Positions 1-29,312 of a DNA stretch of 64,000 nt are shown one piece after another. A program made the translations under genes and the position numbers. Source of the DNA: Paraspadella gotoi (lineage: Eukaryota; Animalia; Chaetognatha); contig CM119268.1 of NCBI GenBank assembly GCA_051294375.1, forward strand, positions 22,943,427 through 23,007,426. The letters are read 5' to 3'. Each line of letters starts with the position of its first letter. Positions within the stretch are counted from its first letter, which is position 1. The notes under the pieces are model-generated. The model saw only the letters and a program-made list of their open reading frames with translations. It searched no databases and was not told the origin of the DNA.

Positions 1-79
1 GAGAGAGAGGTGGTGGATTAAAATGTGAATAGCTGGATGTTAAGTTGACTCCGTCGAGAACGATCTCCGCGACGTCGTC

Positions 80-544
80 ATGGCAACCGACATGTCTCCC
101 GACGACACATCCCCACTCTCCACCTCCCTCCACGGCCGCTGGACTCTCTCTTCCCGCGACAACGTGGACGCTTTCCTCGCTTGTCGCGGCGTCTCATGGT
201 TCGTCCGCGCCGCCGTCCTCTCTCTCCGCGCCGACCTCGAATTCTCTCCCGGCGAAGGACCCGACTCGATGCTGAAACGAACCCACTCGGCGCTGGGCCT
301 GCGTCAGGAGACCCTTCCCTGTCCCGGCGTCTACGAGCCGACCAAGACTCTCTCGGGTCGACCCGAAGTCGGCGCCGTGTTCTTCGAGGACGGAGCGGTG
401 GTGCAGAGGATGTCGTCGAAAGAGAGCGGGGAGGTGGTGGCGAGGGTGGAGCGGAGGGTGCTCCAAGATCGGCTGCACGTGACTTTCAAGTGTGGGGACA
501 TCGTCGCCACTGAGGTTTACGAAAGAGTCGGACAAACAGTCTAG
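80..544 (+). CDS. Fatty-acid-binding protein (FABP/iLBP, calycin family), single exon, 154 aa
   Basis: N-terminal GRWTLSSRDNVDAFLACRGVSWFVR fits the FABP GxWxLxxSxNxDxFLxAxGV signature. The C-terminus CGDIVATEVYER and the length are also typical of FABPs. Confidence 0.8.
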   Translation: MATDMSPDDTSPLSTSLHGRWTLSSRDNVDAFLACRGVSWFVRAAVLSLRADLEFSPGEGPDSMLKRTHSALGLRQETLPCPGVYEPTKTLSGRPEVGAVFFEDGAVVQRMSSKESGEVVARVERRVLQDRLHVTFKCGDIVATEVYERVGQTV

Positions 545-756
545 TCTTTTTTTTTGGGGGGGGGGCTTTTTGGAGGTTATACAAATGTTTTTTGGTTCTA
601 AAAATTATAAAACTTTATTTTTTAGAGACTACTCCACCAGAAATATTATGAATAGACGTGTTTTTTAGAATAATCCTGTGGATTTCACTCTCTCTCTCTC
701 TCTCGATTAAATGAAGCACGCAGCTGACAAGGCTTCGAAGCTATGAATTGAGAAAG

Positions 757-3020
757 ATGGATTGGTACAGAGTTTCACGTTTAAAGCGATCCACGTTCCG
801 AAATTTGGAAAGAGTGACCTTTCGCCGATTATTCTCCCTCGCTCTTCTCTTCCTCATCTTCTTCCTCCTCTGGCGCCGACTTTTTCCAGAGCGGCGCCCT
901 CTCCTTCGCTTGGACGCGGCGTCGCGGCGTCTTTCACTTGCGCGCCTCAACGCCTTTTCGCGCCGCGACGTCTCCGGCGCTTACGTCATCGTCGACGATC
1001 TGACGACGGCGCTGCCCTCTATTTTCAAAAACGACGACGACGACGCTAACAACCTCCGAAAAAGCAACGTACCTTACCTCCTCACTCTGGCGACCCAGAC
1101 TTCCGTCTCTAATCTGCGACGCGCGTTGACGCTCTCTCGTCGATGGACCGGCGCCGTCTCCGTTGCCGTTTTCGCCGCCGACGCCAACGACGTGGCGTCG
1201 TCGGTCGGCGTCGTTCGTATCTTGACTCAATGCGGCGTCGGAATCGAGCGTCGATTCAAATTTCATTTGGTTTTCGCCGGTTCGGAATTTCCGGACGAGG
1301 AGTGGGAAGTTCCGGAAATTCCGGAAGAGACGAATTGCGACGGGGCGGATGCGTTTTTGAAGCGGGTTTTTTGGAAGAGGAAAAACTACGCGGAGAATGG
1401 TGAGTCGCAAAAATCCTGAGATCCTGAGAATCCCGAGGGAAGGAAATAATTTATTTATTAATACAATATTTATTTATTTATTAAATAAGCTATCTTGCCA
1501 CTGACTATATAGTGGGTTTATTAACATTCAGATAAACTAAATCTGAAGGGTGGATTTTTTTTTCTATCTCAATGATCTTTTGTTTCGATCGTTAAGTAAT
1601 AAATGCTTGGTGATATAATTTCAAGTCATTAGTTAAATGTTAGAGCCTTAAATACTCCTTCTCTCCAGCCCCATCCCAGTCTCCATCAAACCCTTACCCC
1701 ATCCCTTACCCCGTCAACCTTCTTCGCAACGTCGCTCTCTCCAACGTCGCCTCTCCCTTTGTCTGCGTCATCGACGTCGATCTTCTTCCTTCTCTCGATC
1801 TCGAGCGAAGATTCGAGGAGCTCATCGCGCCGGGCGAGCGGGCGCGGTCCGCGCGAGTCGGCGCCGCTCTAGAGTGGCGCCGATATCCGCCGTCGCCGGA
1901 GAATCTCGTCTACGTCCTGCCCGCCTACGAGATGGACGAGGGGGAGGAAGTGCCGGAGACGAAGAGGGCGCTGATGTCGATGAGGAAGGAGCGAAGAGTG
2001 AGGCCCTTTTACGATCGAGTCTGTAGGAAATGTCACGTGAGTGGTTGAAGGGGACGGACGGAGGGACGGACGGGTTGTTGTTGATTGATTTATTTATTTA
2101 TTGATTTATCGATTTATTGAGTGATTGGTTTATTGATTGATTGATTGACTTTTGACGAAAGGAAATTTCTATACGTCTGAGATTATCCTTTAAAGGACTA
2201 AGTAATATTTCAATCAACTTATTAAAAGTTCTCGATTTAAGGGTAAAATGGTAATTATGAAACCAATTAAACTTTTTTCTCCCTTTCCCTTGAAAAGCGA
2301 CAGACCGACTATGAGACTTGGGAAACGATTCCCTCCTCTGCCCAACTCAGCGTCGCTTATCATCGCGACTGGATCGATCCTTGGGAACCCTTCTACATCG
2401 GAGAGACGAAGCGAATACCCAAGTACGACGAACGGTTCAAGCAGTACGGATTCAATAGGATACAGCAGGTTGGATCAACGTTGCGAAACAAAAACAATAA
2501 AAAGTTAAAGGCTTTGAAATTTCGACGAGTATTATACCAAACATCACAAAACAAAAACTCTTAACGCAAAAAAAACTAAAACACTAACATCAATCAAAAC
2601 ATCAATCAAAACATTCATCAAAACATCAATCAAAACATTCATCAGTGTCTATCGAAACGATAATCTAAATGTCTATCAAAATCCAAATGTGTGTCAAAAC
2701 CTTAATCAAAACATCTGACAAAACATCTGACAAAACAACTAACTAAACAATGTTCAGTGAACATTAAGCATCTAAAAAGACATTAAAACATTCATCAAAG
2801 CATCCCCGATCCTTCTCCCCTCCCCATTAAGGTCTGCGAAGTCCACGTTGCGGGTTTTCGGTTCGCCGTCCTCGACGAGGCCTTCCTCCTCCACTTGGGC
2901 TTCAAAGAAGCAGACGAGTTTCACACGGAGAAACAAAAGGACAACGAGCGCAACAGAATTCTTTTTCGGAGATTCAAGGAGGAACTGAAACGACGTTACT
3001 CGCGTCCGCACGTCTGTTGA
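757..3020 (+). CDS. B4GAT1: Beta-1,4-glucuronyltransferase 1-like (GT49 family), type II membrane protein, 4 exons: 757-1399, 1669-2036, 2298-2468, 2832-3020
   Basis: Exons join in frame at GT-AG sites. N-terminal TM helix LFSLALLFLIFFLLW. Motifs include WTGAVSVAVF, YPVNLLRNVA, VIDVDLLPS (DxD), [47 protein letters not shown], and the C-terminus FKEELKRRYSRPHVC*. Confidence 0.9.
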
Positions 3021-3403
3021 TCCATCCATCCATCCATCCATCCATCCGCCGAGATCTTATTTATTATTTATTTAATTCCTTCGTCTTCGCTCCGTTTTAA
3101 TTTTAGAAGAAAATAAATTTGCGACGTTTTGTTTTTCTTCGTTGCATATTTAAAAACGTACTGTATTTTTTAAATATTTTATTTTTTATGTCGTGATTTT
3201 ATTCCTGTTAATTTACATTTTGTTACGAATCGTTTTGTTTTTTATATAATAAAAAAAAATTAAAAATCCATTTTTGCCTCGAAAACTTTTATTTTCATTT
3301 TTACAATTTGACTTCTAAACAGAGATGATTTATACACTAGCTACATAAAAGTCATTAGTTTTACGATACATAATAAATATACAGAGAAATTTATGCTATT
3401 TAT

Positions 3404-20814
<17,411 letters not shown>

Positions 20815-20862
20815 CTTTTCTTTTTTTTTTTGTTTTCGAGTCGATGTCAACCTATCACCCCT

Positions 20863-21241
20863 GGGCCTTATTTTCCCAGAACGATCCATTTCGTCTTAAA
20901 ATTTTTTTGAATCGAGCTAGTGTTTTTTTGAGTAAAAGATTAGAGGTTATGTTAAGGATTACATTTAGGATTAGCGAAGGATTGAGGTTCGGGATTTGGT
21001 TATGGGTTAGGGACAAGGATTTAATGTTTGAGCGGTTTGGGATTAGGATTTCGAATTAGGCTAAGGTTAAAGATTAGGAATAAAGATTAAGGAAAAGGAT
21101 TTAATATGAGCGGTGAGGAATTAAAAATTATGGACAAGGGTTTAGAATTAGGATTTAAAATAGATTAAGGTTTAAGAATAGGGATAAAGATTAGGGTTAG
21201 GGATAAAGAACAGAAATGGGGTTCTCTGGAAAAGAGAGCCC
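20863..21241. mobile_element. MITE-like element with telomere-like hexamer interior (also in the triplicated units)
   Basis: Imperfect inverted termini GGGCCTTATTTTCCCAGAAC / GTTCTCTGGAAAAGAGAGCCC enclose TTAGGG/TTAGGA/TTAAGG variants. Confidence 0.6.
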
Positions 21242-24200
21242 TTTTTTGAAAGTTATCTGGCGAGATATTTTATCTGATAATTCGAAACTCTTACCTTTAT
21301 TTTTTTTTATCAAATTAAAATACTATTTTCTTTTTTTTATCATTTACATTTTTTTAAAAATTCGATTCGTCGCCTTTTTTCATTAACTCGAAAGATAAAA
21401 AGTTTTTTTATCATCTTAAGAAGTTCGAATTTTCTTGACGTTTGATATTTTACTCATGTAATAATATTAATTATAATGTAATTAACAATTAATTGCTTGG
21501 AGAATTACGTCCGATGATTGACTGGAAATAAATTTCGATTTTGGATTCATGATGTAAATTCTTGTATCGTTCTGTATTTTCCGTCCTGATTTTCATTTTT
21601 AATATTATTACTATTATAAAATTCCCTTTCTATTTTATTTTCTGGTTTGATTGTATGTATTGTATTGTATTGAATGTATACATTTCTTTCTAAGTCTATC
21701 AATAAGCAAGGTTTATGTTAAATTTATTCATATATGAACTTAGGAGGAACAAAAGTAAATCACTAAATAATATGAAATTGGTAACAACCAATATAAAATT
21801 ATCCTTTCATTTAATAAATACAAGGCCTCCATCACTCTTACAAGATAATGACATATCAGATAGCTTTCAATCAAGACTCTCTCACAGTCTAGTTTATTCA
21901 CGTCCAGCGTGCCTGGCTTCCCTATCAATGAAGTGAGAAAATATGAGCGCTTGTATTCGAATAATATTATTTTATTTATTTATTTATTACGCGACCGACC
22001 CAAAAGATCGAAGAGTTGGTCAATCCCCGCCTGATGAGCGTCAACTTGTTTCCTCAGTCGAATGAATTCCCAAACTTCCGTGGGATCAACTTTCATCCCC
22101 CCAGTCGTGGGCGGAGCTTCGAGGGAAATGCCTTGCTCCTCGTCGAGTGTCACGAGGAGGTTGTCGGCCTGAGGGGAAAGGGGAGAGGGAGAGAGGGGAA
22201 GAAGGGAGAGGNNNNNNNNNNNNNNNNNNNNNNNNNGAGGAAGAAAGGGAGAGGGAGGGAAGAAGGGAGAGGGAAGAAGGGGAGGGGAAAGAGGGGAGAG
22301 GGGAAGGGAGAGGAAGGGAGAGGGAGAAGAGGAGAAGGGAAGGAGAGGGGAAGAAGGGACAGGGAGGAAGAGGGAGAGGGAGGAAGAAGGAGAGTGAGGA
22401 AGAAGGGAGAGGGAGGAAGAAGGGAGAGAGGGGAAGAAGGGAGAGGGAGGAAAGAAGGGAGAGAGGGGAAGAAGGGACAGGGAGGAAGAAGGGAGAGGGA
22501 GGAAGAGGGAGAGGGAGGAAGAAGGGAGAGGAGGAAGAGGGAGAGAGGGGAAGAAGGGAGAGGGAGGAAGAAGGGAAGAGAGGGGAAGAAGAGAGAGGAG
22601 AGGGAGAGGACAAGGGAGAGGGAGGAAGAAGGGAGAGGGAGGAAGAAGGGAGAGGGAGGAAGAAGGGAGAGAGGGAAAGAAGGGAGAGGAAGGAAGAAGG
22701 GAGAGGGAGGAAGAAGGAGAGAGGGGAAGAAGGGAGAGAGGGAAGAAGGGAGAGGGAGGAAGAAGGAGAGAGGGGAAGAAGGGAGAGAGGGGGAAGAAGG
22801 GAGAGGGAGGAAGAAGGGAGAGGGGCGGAGGAAAGGGAGAGGGAGGAGGAAGGGAGAGGGAGGAGGAAGGGAGAGGAGGAAGAAGGGAGAGAGGGGAAGA
22901 AGGAGAGAGGGGAAAGAGGGAGAGGGAGGAAGAAGGGAGAGTGAGGAAGAAGGGAGAGGGAGAAGAAGGGAGAGGGAGGAAGAAGGAGAGGGAGGAAGAA
23001 GGAGAGAGGGAAGAAGGGAGAGGAAAGGAAGAAGGGAGAGGGAGAAGAAGGGAGAGGGAGGGAAGGAGAGAGAGGAAGAGAGGGAGAGGGAGGAAGAAGG
23101 AGAAGGGAGGAAGAAGGGAGAGGGAGGAAGCGAAAAACGGAAATGAACATTAGGAGGAAAAAGAAAAGAAATATAAGAGGGAAAAGTGGAGTTGCTTGTG
23201 AAATAATTTATTTCAAATATTAGACAGAAAATTTATGATTAGAAAGATAAGACCACATTAACTCACGAATTGATATGAGGTTGAGCGCTAAGAGGGCTGA
23301 AGACTACCAACCATGACTTGAGTTGTTTTCCAGGTCCCCAAGGAGGCTTACGAACGTCCACACGCTACTCGAAGAGTAGGTATCAATACAGCACATCATG
23401 GTCACGAGCTGAAGGCTCTACTCATATTTGAGCCACCGGTCAATAATAAACTAAATGTCTTTTGATTATATTTCGGGCGGAGTGAACTTCCCGCAAATCA
23501 CGATAATTTAAAAATCTTTTCCTCCCTTTCTCCGCCGCGTGACTCTGGTCAGGCGCCAGGCCGTATCAGTTCATTCTTAATTCCTTTACAGTCCAAACCA
23601 TAACAACTTGCCCCCTCTACTTTCCAGCACCTTGGCGTGAATCATGAGCTGCTTGAGACAAGCGAGCAACATGTTGAGATCGACGCAACCGAGTTGTGGA
23701 GTTCCGATCGCCATCTCCAACGCCTCTTGCATCCGAATCGTCCGCTTCATGAATTTTTTCTCCCGCGTAGGCATCTTTTCTTTTTTTTTTGTTTTCGAGT
23801 CGATGTCAACCCTATCACCCCTGGGCCTTATTTTCCCAGAACGATCCATTTCGTCTTAAATTTTTTTGAATCGAGCTAGTGTTTTTTTGAGTAAAAGATT
23901 AGAGGTTATGGTTAAGGATTACATTTAGGATTAGCGAAGGATTGAGGTTCGGGATTTGGTTATGGGTTAGGGACAAGGATTTAATGTTTGAGCGGTTTGG
24001 GATTAGGATTTCGAATTAGGCTAAGGTTAAAGATTAGGAATAAAGATTAAAGGAAAAGGATTTAATATGAGCGGTGAGGAATTAAAAATTAGGACAAGGG
24101 TTTAGAATTAGGATTTAAAATTAGATTAAGGTTAAGAATAGGGATAAAGATTAGGGTTAGGGATAAAAGAACAGAAATGGGGTTCTCTGGGAAAAGAGAG

Positions 24201-26847
24201 CCCGTTTTTGAAAGTTATCTGGCGAGATATTTTATCTGATTAATCGAAACTCTTACCTTTATTTTTTTATCAAAATTAAAATACTATTTTCTTTTTTTTA
24301 TCATTTACATTTTTTTAAAAATTCGATTCGTCGCCTTTTTTCATTAACTCGAAAGATAAAAAGTTTTTTTTATCATCTTAAGAAGTTCGAATTTTCTTAG
24401 ACGTTTGATATTTTACTCAAAAGTAATAATATTAATTATAATGTAATTAACAATTAATTGCTTGGAGATGTACCGTCCGATGATTGACTGGAAATAATTT
24501 CGATTTTGGATTCATGATGTAAATTCTTGTATCTTCTGTATTTTCCGTCCTGATTTTCATTTTTAATATTATTACTATTATAAAATTCCCTTTCTATTTA
24601 TTTTCTGGTTTGATTGTATGTATTGTATTGTATTGAATGTATACATTTCTTTCTAAGTCTATCAATAAGCAAAGGTTTATGTTAATTTATTCATATATGA
24701 ACTTAGGAGGAACAAAAGTAAATCACTAAAATAATATGAAATTGGTAACAACCAATATAAAATTTATCCTTTCATTAATAAATAATAGTGTCCATCACTC
24801 TTACAAGATAAGACATATCAGATGGAGAGGGAGGAAGAAGGGAGAGGGAGGAAGAAGGGAGAGAGGGGAAGAAGGGAGAGGGAGGAAGAAGGGAGAGGGA
24901 GGAAGAAGGGAGAGGGAGGAAGAAGGGAGAGAGAGGAAGAAGGGAGAGGGAGGAAGAAGGGAGAGGGAGGAAGAAGGGAGAGGGAGGAAGCGAAAAACGG
25001 AAATGAGACATTAGGAGAGAAAAAGAAAAGAAATATAAGAGGGAAAAGTGGAGTTGCTTGTGAAATAATTTATTTCAAATATTAGACAGAAAATTTATGA
25101 TTAGAAAGATAAGACCACATTAACTCACGAATTTGATATGAGGTTGAGGCGCTAAGAGGGCTGAAGACTACCAACCATGACTTGAGTTGTTTTCCAGGTC
25201 CCCAAGGAGGCTTACGAACGTCCACACGCTACTCGAAGAGTAGGTATCAATCCCAGCACATCATGGTCACGAGCTGAAGGCTCTACTCATATTGAGCCAC
25301 CGGGTCAATAATAAACTAAATGTCTTTTGATTATATTTCGGGCGGAGTGAACTTCCCGCAAATCACGATAATTTAAAATCTTTTCCTCCCTTTCTCCGCC
25401 GCGTGACCTCTGGTCAGGCGCCAGGCCCGTATCAGTTCATTCCTTAATTCCTTTACAGTCCAAACCCATAACAACTTGCCCCCCTCTACTTTCCAGCACC
25501 TTGGCGTGAATCATGAGCTGCTTGAGACAAGCGAGCAACATGTTGAGATCGACGCAACCGAGTTGTGGAGTTCCGATCGCCATCTCCAACGCCTCTTGCA
25601 TCCGAATCGTCCGCTTCATGAATTTTTTCTCCCGCGTAGGCATCTTTTCTTTTTTTTTTTGTTTTCGAGTCGATGTCAACCCTATCACCCCTGGGGCCTT
25701 ATTTTCCCAGAACGATCCATTTCGTCTTAAATTTTTTTGAATCGAGCTAGTGTTTTTTTGAGTAAAAGATTAGAGGTTATGGTTAAGGATTACATTTAGG
25801 ATTAGGCGAAGGATTGAGGTTCGGGATTTGGTTATGGGTTAGGGACAAGGATTTAATGTTTGAGCGGTTTGGGATTAGGATTTCGAATTAGGCTAAGGTT
25901 AAAGATTAGGAATAAAGATTAAGGAAAAGGATTTAATATGAGCGGTGAGGATTAAAAATTAAGGACAAGGGTTTAGAATTAGGATTTAAAATTAGATTAA
26001 GGTTTAAGAATAGGGATAAAGATTAGGGTTAGGGATAAAAGAACAGAAATGGGGTTCTCTGGGAAAAGAGAGCCCTTTTTTGAAAGTTATCTGGCGAGAT
26101 ATTTTATCTGATTAAGTCGAAACTCTTACCTTTATTTTTTTTATCAAATTAAAATTACTATTTTCTTTTTTTTATCATTTACATTTTTTTAAAAATTCGA
26201 TTCGTCGCCTTTTTTCATTAAACTCGAAAGATAAAAAGTTTTTTTATCATCTTAAGAAGTTCGAATTTTCTTAGACGTTTGATATTTTACTCGTAATAGT
26301 AATAATATTAATTATAATGTAATTAACAATTAATTGCTTGGAGATGTACCGTCCGATGATTGACTGGAAATAATTTCGATTTTGGATTCATGATGTAAAT
26401 TCTTGTATCGTTCTGTATTTTCCGTCCTGATTTTCATTTTAATATTATTACTATTATAAATTCCCTTTCTATTTTATTTTCTGGTTTGATTGTATGTATT
26501 GTATTGTATTGAATGTATACATTTCTTTCTAAGTCTATCAATAAGCAAAGGTTTATGTTAAATTTATTCATATATGAACTTAGGAGGAACAAAAGTAAAT
26601 CACTAAATAATATGAAATTGGTACAACCAATATAAAAATTATCCTTTCATTTAATAAATAAGGCCTCCATCACTCTTACAAGATAATGACATATCAGGTC
26701 TCTGCAAGCTTTCAATCAAGACTCTCTCCAAAGTACCTGGCTTCCCTATCAATGAAGTGGTATAATATTTCAAAGAATGTTTCAATTGTATGAAAATATT
26801 TCATTTTGCAAGATTTATATTTATTTAAACCATCAACCATCCATCCA

Positions 26848-27211
26848 GATTTAGAAGCAGCCCCATTGGTATCAGAACAAAGTGGCTCCCTCTGTCCTTT
26901 ACATCTTTGCAGCAACAAAAAATGATATCTTGAGTTTTCCCAGGGTCAATATTGTCAATCAATCAATAAAAGGCTGCCAGCCCTCGTCTCGTCGTCCAAT
27001 GACAAGAGTCGTCATGCTTAAAGGTCACCTTCGCCAAGTCGACGCCTGGAAAAGCCTCGTTGGCAATTAAAATCGGGCGCTTCCTTAAAGGCGCTTCGGG
27101 AATCACGATTCGATCCTGGCAAAACTTAAGATACTATTTTTTGTTGCTGCAAAGATGTAAAGGAGAGAGGAATCCGCTTTGTACTGATGCCAAGGGGGCT
27201 GCTTCTAAATC
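26848..27211. repeat. ~100-bp inverted repeat (26848-26947 / 27112-27211) around an exon-like spacer
   Basis: The arms align without gaps, with about a dozen mismatches. A minus-strand ORF at 26963-27115 starts after ttttgccag. Confidence 0.85.
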
Positions 27212-27671
27212 CTCCCTTTTATATATTGTTCATATGTTGCCAAAAAATAAAGAGGCAGTGGAAGTAAAAAAATGTCAAGGTGCTGAGGAGATGATAAAAG
27301 ATATCAACTGGTTGAGTATCTTTCTCACTGCTTTTACACAATTGTTGGTCTCCTGGTGCGTATGATGGATCACATTTCGTGTGAATCGCAGCAAAGGAAG
27401 CCAAACAACCTCAGTAGCTGCCGGTTTATTGTTCGGTGCCTCTCTCTCTCTCTCTCTCTTTGTCCAATACAAACTTATTCAACTATGGAATTAAGTTTCA
27501 GTGTTTTTAAATAGACCTTTGATAAGTTAAAAAGATTTATTTCTTACACAAACTGTGATCACCAGTAAATCCGCATAATTCATAATTCAAAATGAAGTTT
27601 GAAATAAATTCAAATTAAGAAATACAAGAAATATAGAATAATAGAATGATACAAGAACAACTTGGTGGTAC

Positions 27672-27857
27672 CGATCAGCGCCCCTGTTACTCAACCAATC
27701 AATTCCCTCCCGGTCTCGACCAATCAGCAACCCGCTTCCTAAACCAATCAGCGCCCCTCTTCTTTAACCAATCAGCGCCCACCTTCCTCAACGAATAAGC
27801 GCCCTTCCCTCCCAACCAATCAGCGTCCTTCTTCCCCTTTCCTCAACCAATCAGAGC
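27672..27857 (+). repeat. Degenerate ~25-bp array of CCAATCAG(CG) motifs, about 8 copies
   Basis: ccaatca occurs near 27695, 27720, 27744, 27768, 27816 and 27847, plus two degenerate copies. Confidence 0.7.
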
Positions 27858-27869
27858 TTCTTATTTGAG

Positions 27870-29272
27870 AGAGCCCTTTCTGTTGAGATGTTGGTCCTCG
27901 ATTCCCAACGACGATGAGAATCTTCATCGTTGAGCCGAACGGCGACTCGAAGGAGTTCGCTCCTGAGGAGGGGGGGGGGTGTTGTTGTCGTTATTCTCGG
28001 CTTTTAGTCGTTGTCGTTATTCGCGGTTGTCGTTATTCGCGGTCGTCTGTTTATGTACGTTTTCTTTTCCAAGTTGTGATTGAGTTCGCGAGTTTTAACC
28101 GGAACACGCAAACTTTGCGTCGCAAAGGTTCCTGGTATTGGGCGTCTTTTTTTTTTTTTTCATTATGAAATAGGATAACTACTAACTTTGGACGGGCGAT
28201 GGGGGATTAAAGCCGCCATCACTCTCTCAAGATAATAACATAACGGAACACTGCAAGCTTTAAATCGAGAGTCTCTCACTCTCTAGTTTATGCATAACAT
28301 TTCAGAAAACGTTTCAATTGTACAAAACTTAAGTATAATACTTAAGTATTGTTAAGTATTATTTTTAATATTGGAGACTAATGAGAATCCAACAAGCAAC
28401 GAATAAGGATCATCAGGACTGTCATTAATGTCATTATGTCGTCGTCGTCGTCGTCGTCGTCTCTCACCTGTTTCCCGTCGGCTTCATCATTTTCGTTTTC
28501 CGCTTTTTCTGTCGAAAATAAAAAAATAATCAAATGTGATTCGAAATTTTGAAGACGCGTGATTTCGAGGTCGATGTCAATCCTAATCTAAGTTCGATGT
28601 CAATCATAATCTAAGTTCGATGTCAATCATAATCTAAGTTCGATGTCAATCCTAATCTAAGTTCAATGACAATCCTAATCTAAGTCATTTTTGTCTAAAT
28701 TTTAATGTAACATCATATCAATCGTTAGCTCTATAACGCCATGCCAATTTTATGTCAGTTAAATGTTTTTAAGTGTCATTTAAAGTCTATGACATAAAAT
28801 GAATGTAACGGCTATGTAATGTTTATGTCATTGTCTGGTCAACATCATGACAAATTGACATCAAATAAACAAAATGCTATGTCAATGTCACGTCGATATC
28901 AAGCTATGTCAACGTCATGTCAATATAATGCCAAGTCGATGTCACGTCGTAATGTCATATAAATATCATGCTATGTCATGTCGATGTTCACTTAATCACA
29001 TTTTTTTCGTCTTCGTTGACTTGAAGTCCCAAATCGTCGCAAATGCTGTAGAGATCATTCAGGTCGACTTCGCGATAAACTTCCATCTCCTTCATGATCG
29101 CCACCTTTCAATTATTGGCGAAGACAGGAGCCCGAGTTAGAATTTATTATCTTTCACTCCCTCTCTCTCTCTCTCCCCCTCCATCTACCTTTCCCCTCCC
29201 CTTCTCCTTTTCTCTCCCTCCCTCTCTCTTCCCCTTCCCTTCTCTCTCTCACCCTCTCCATCTACCTTTCCC

Positions 29273-29312
<40 letters not shown>

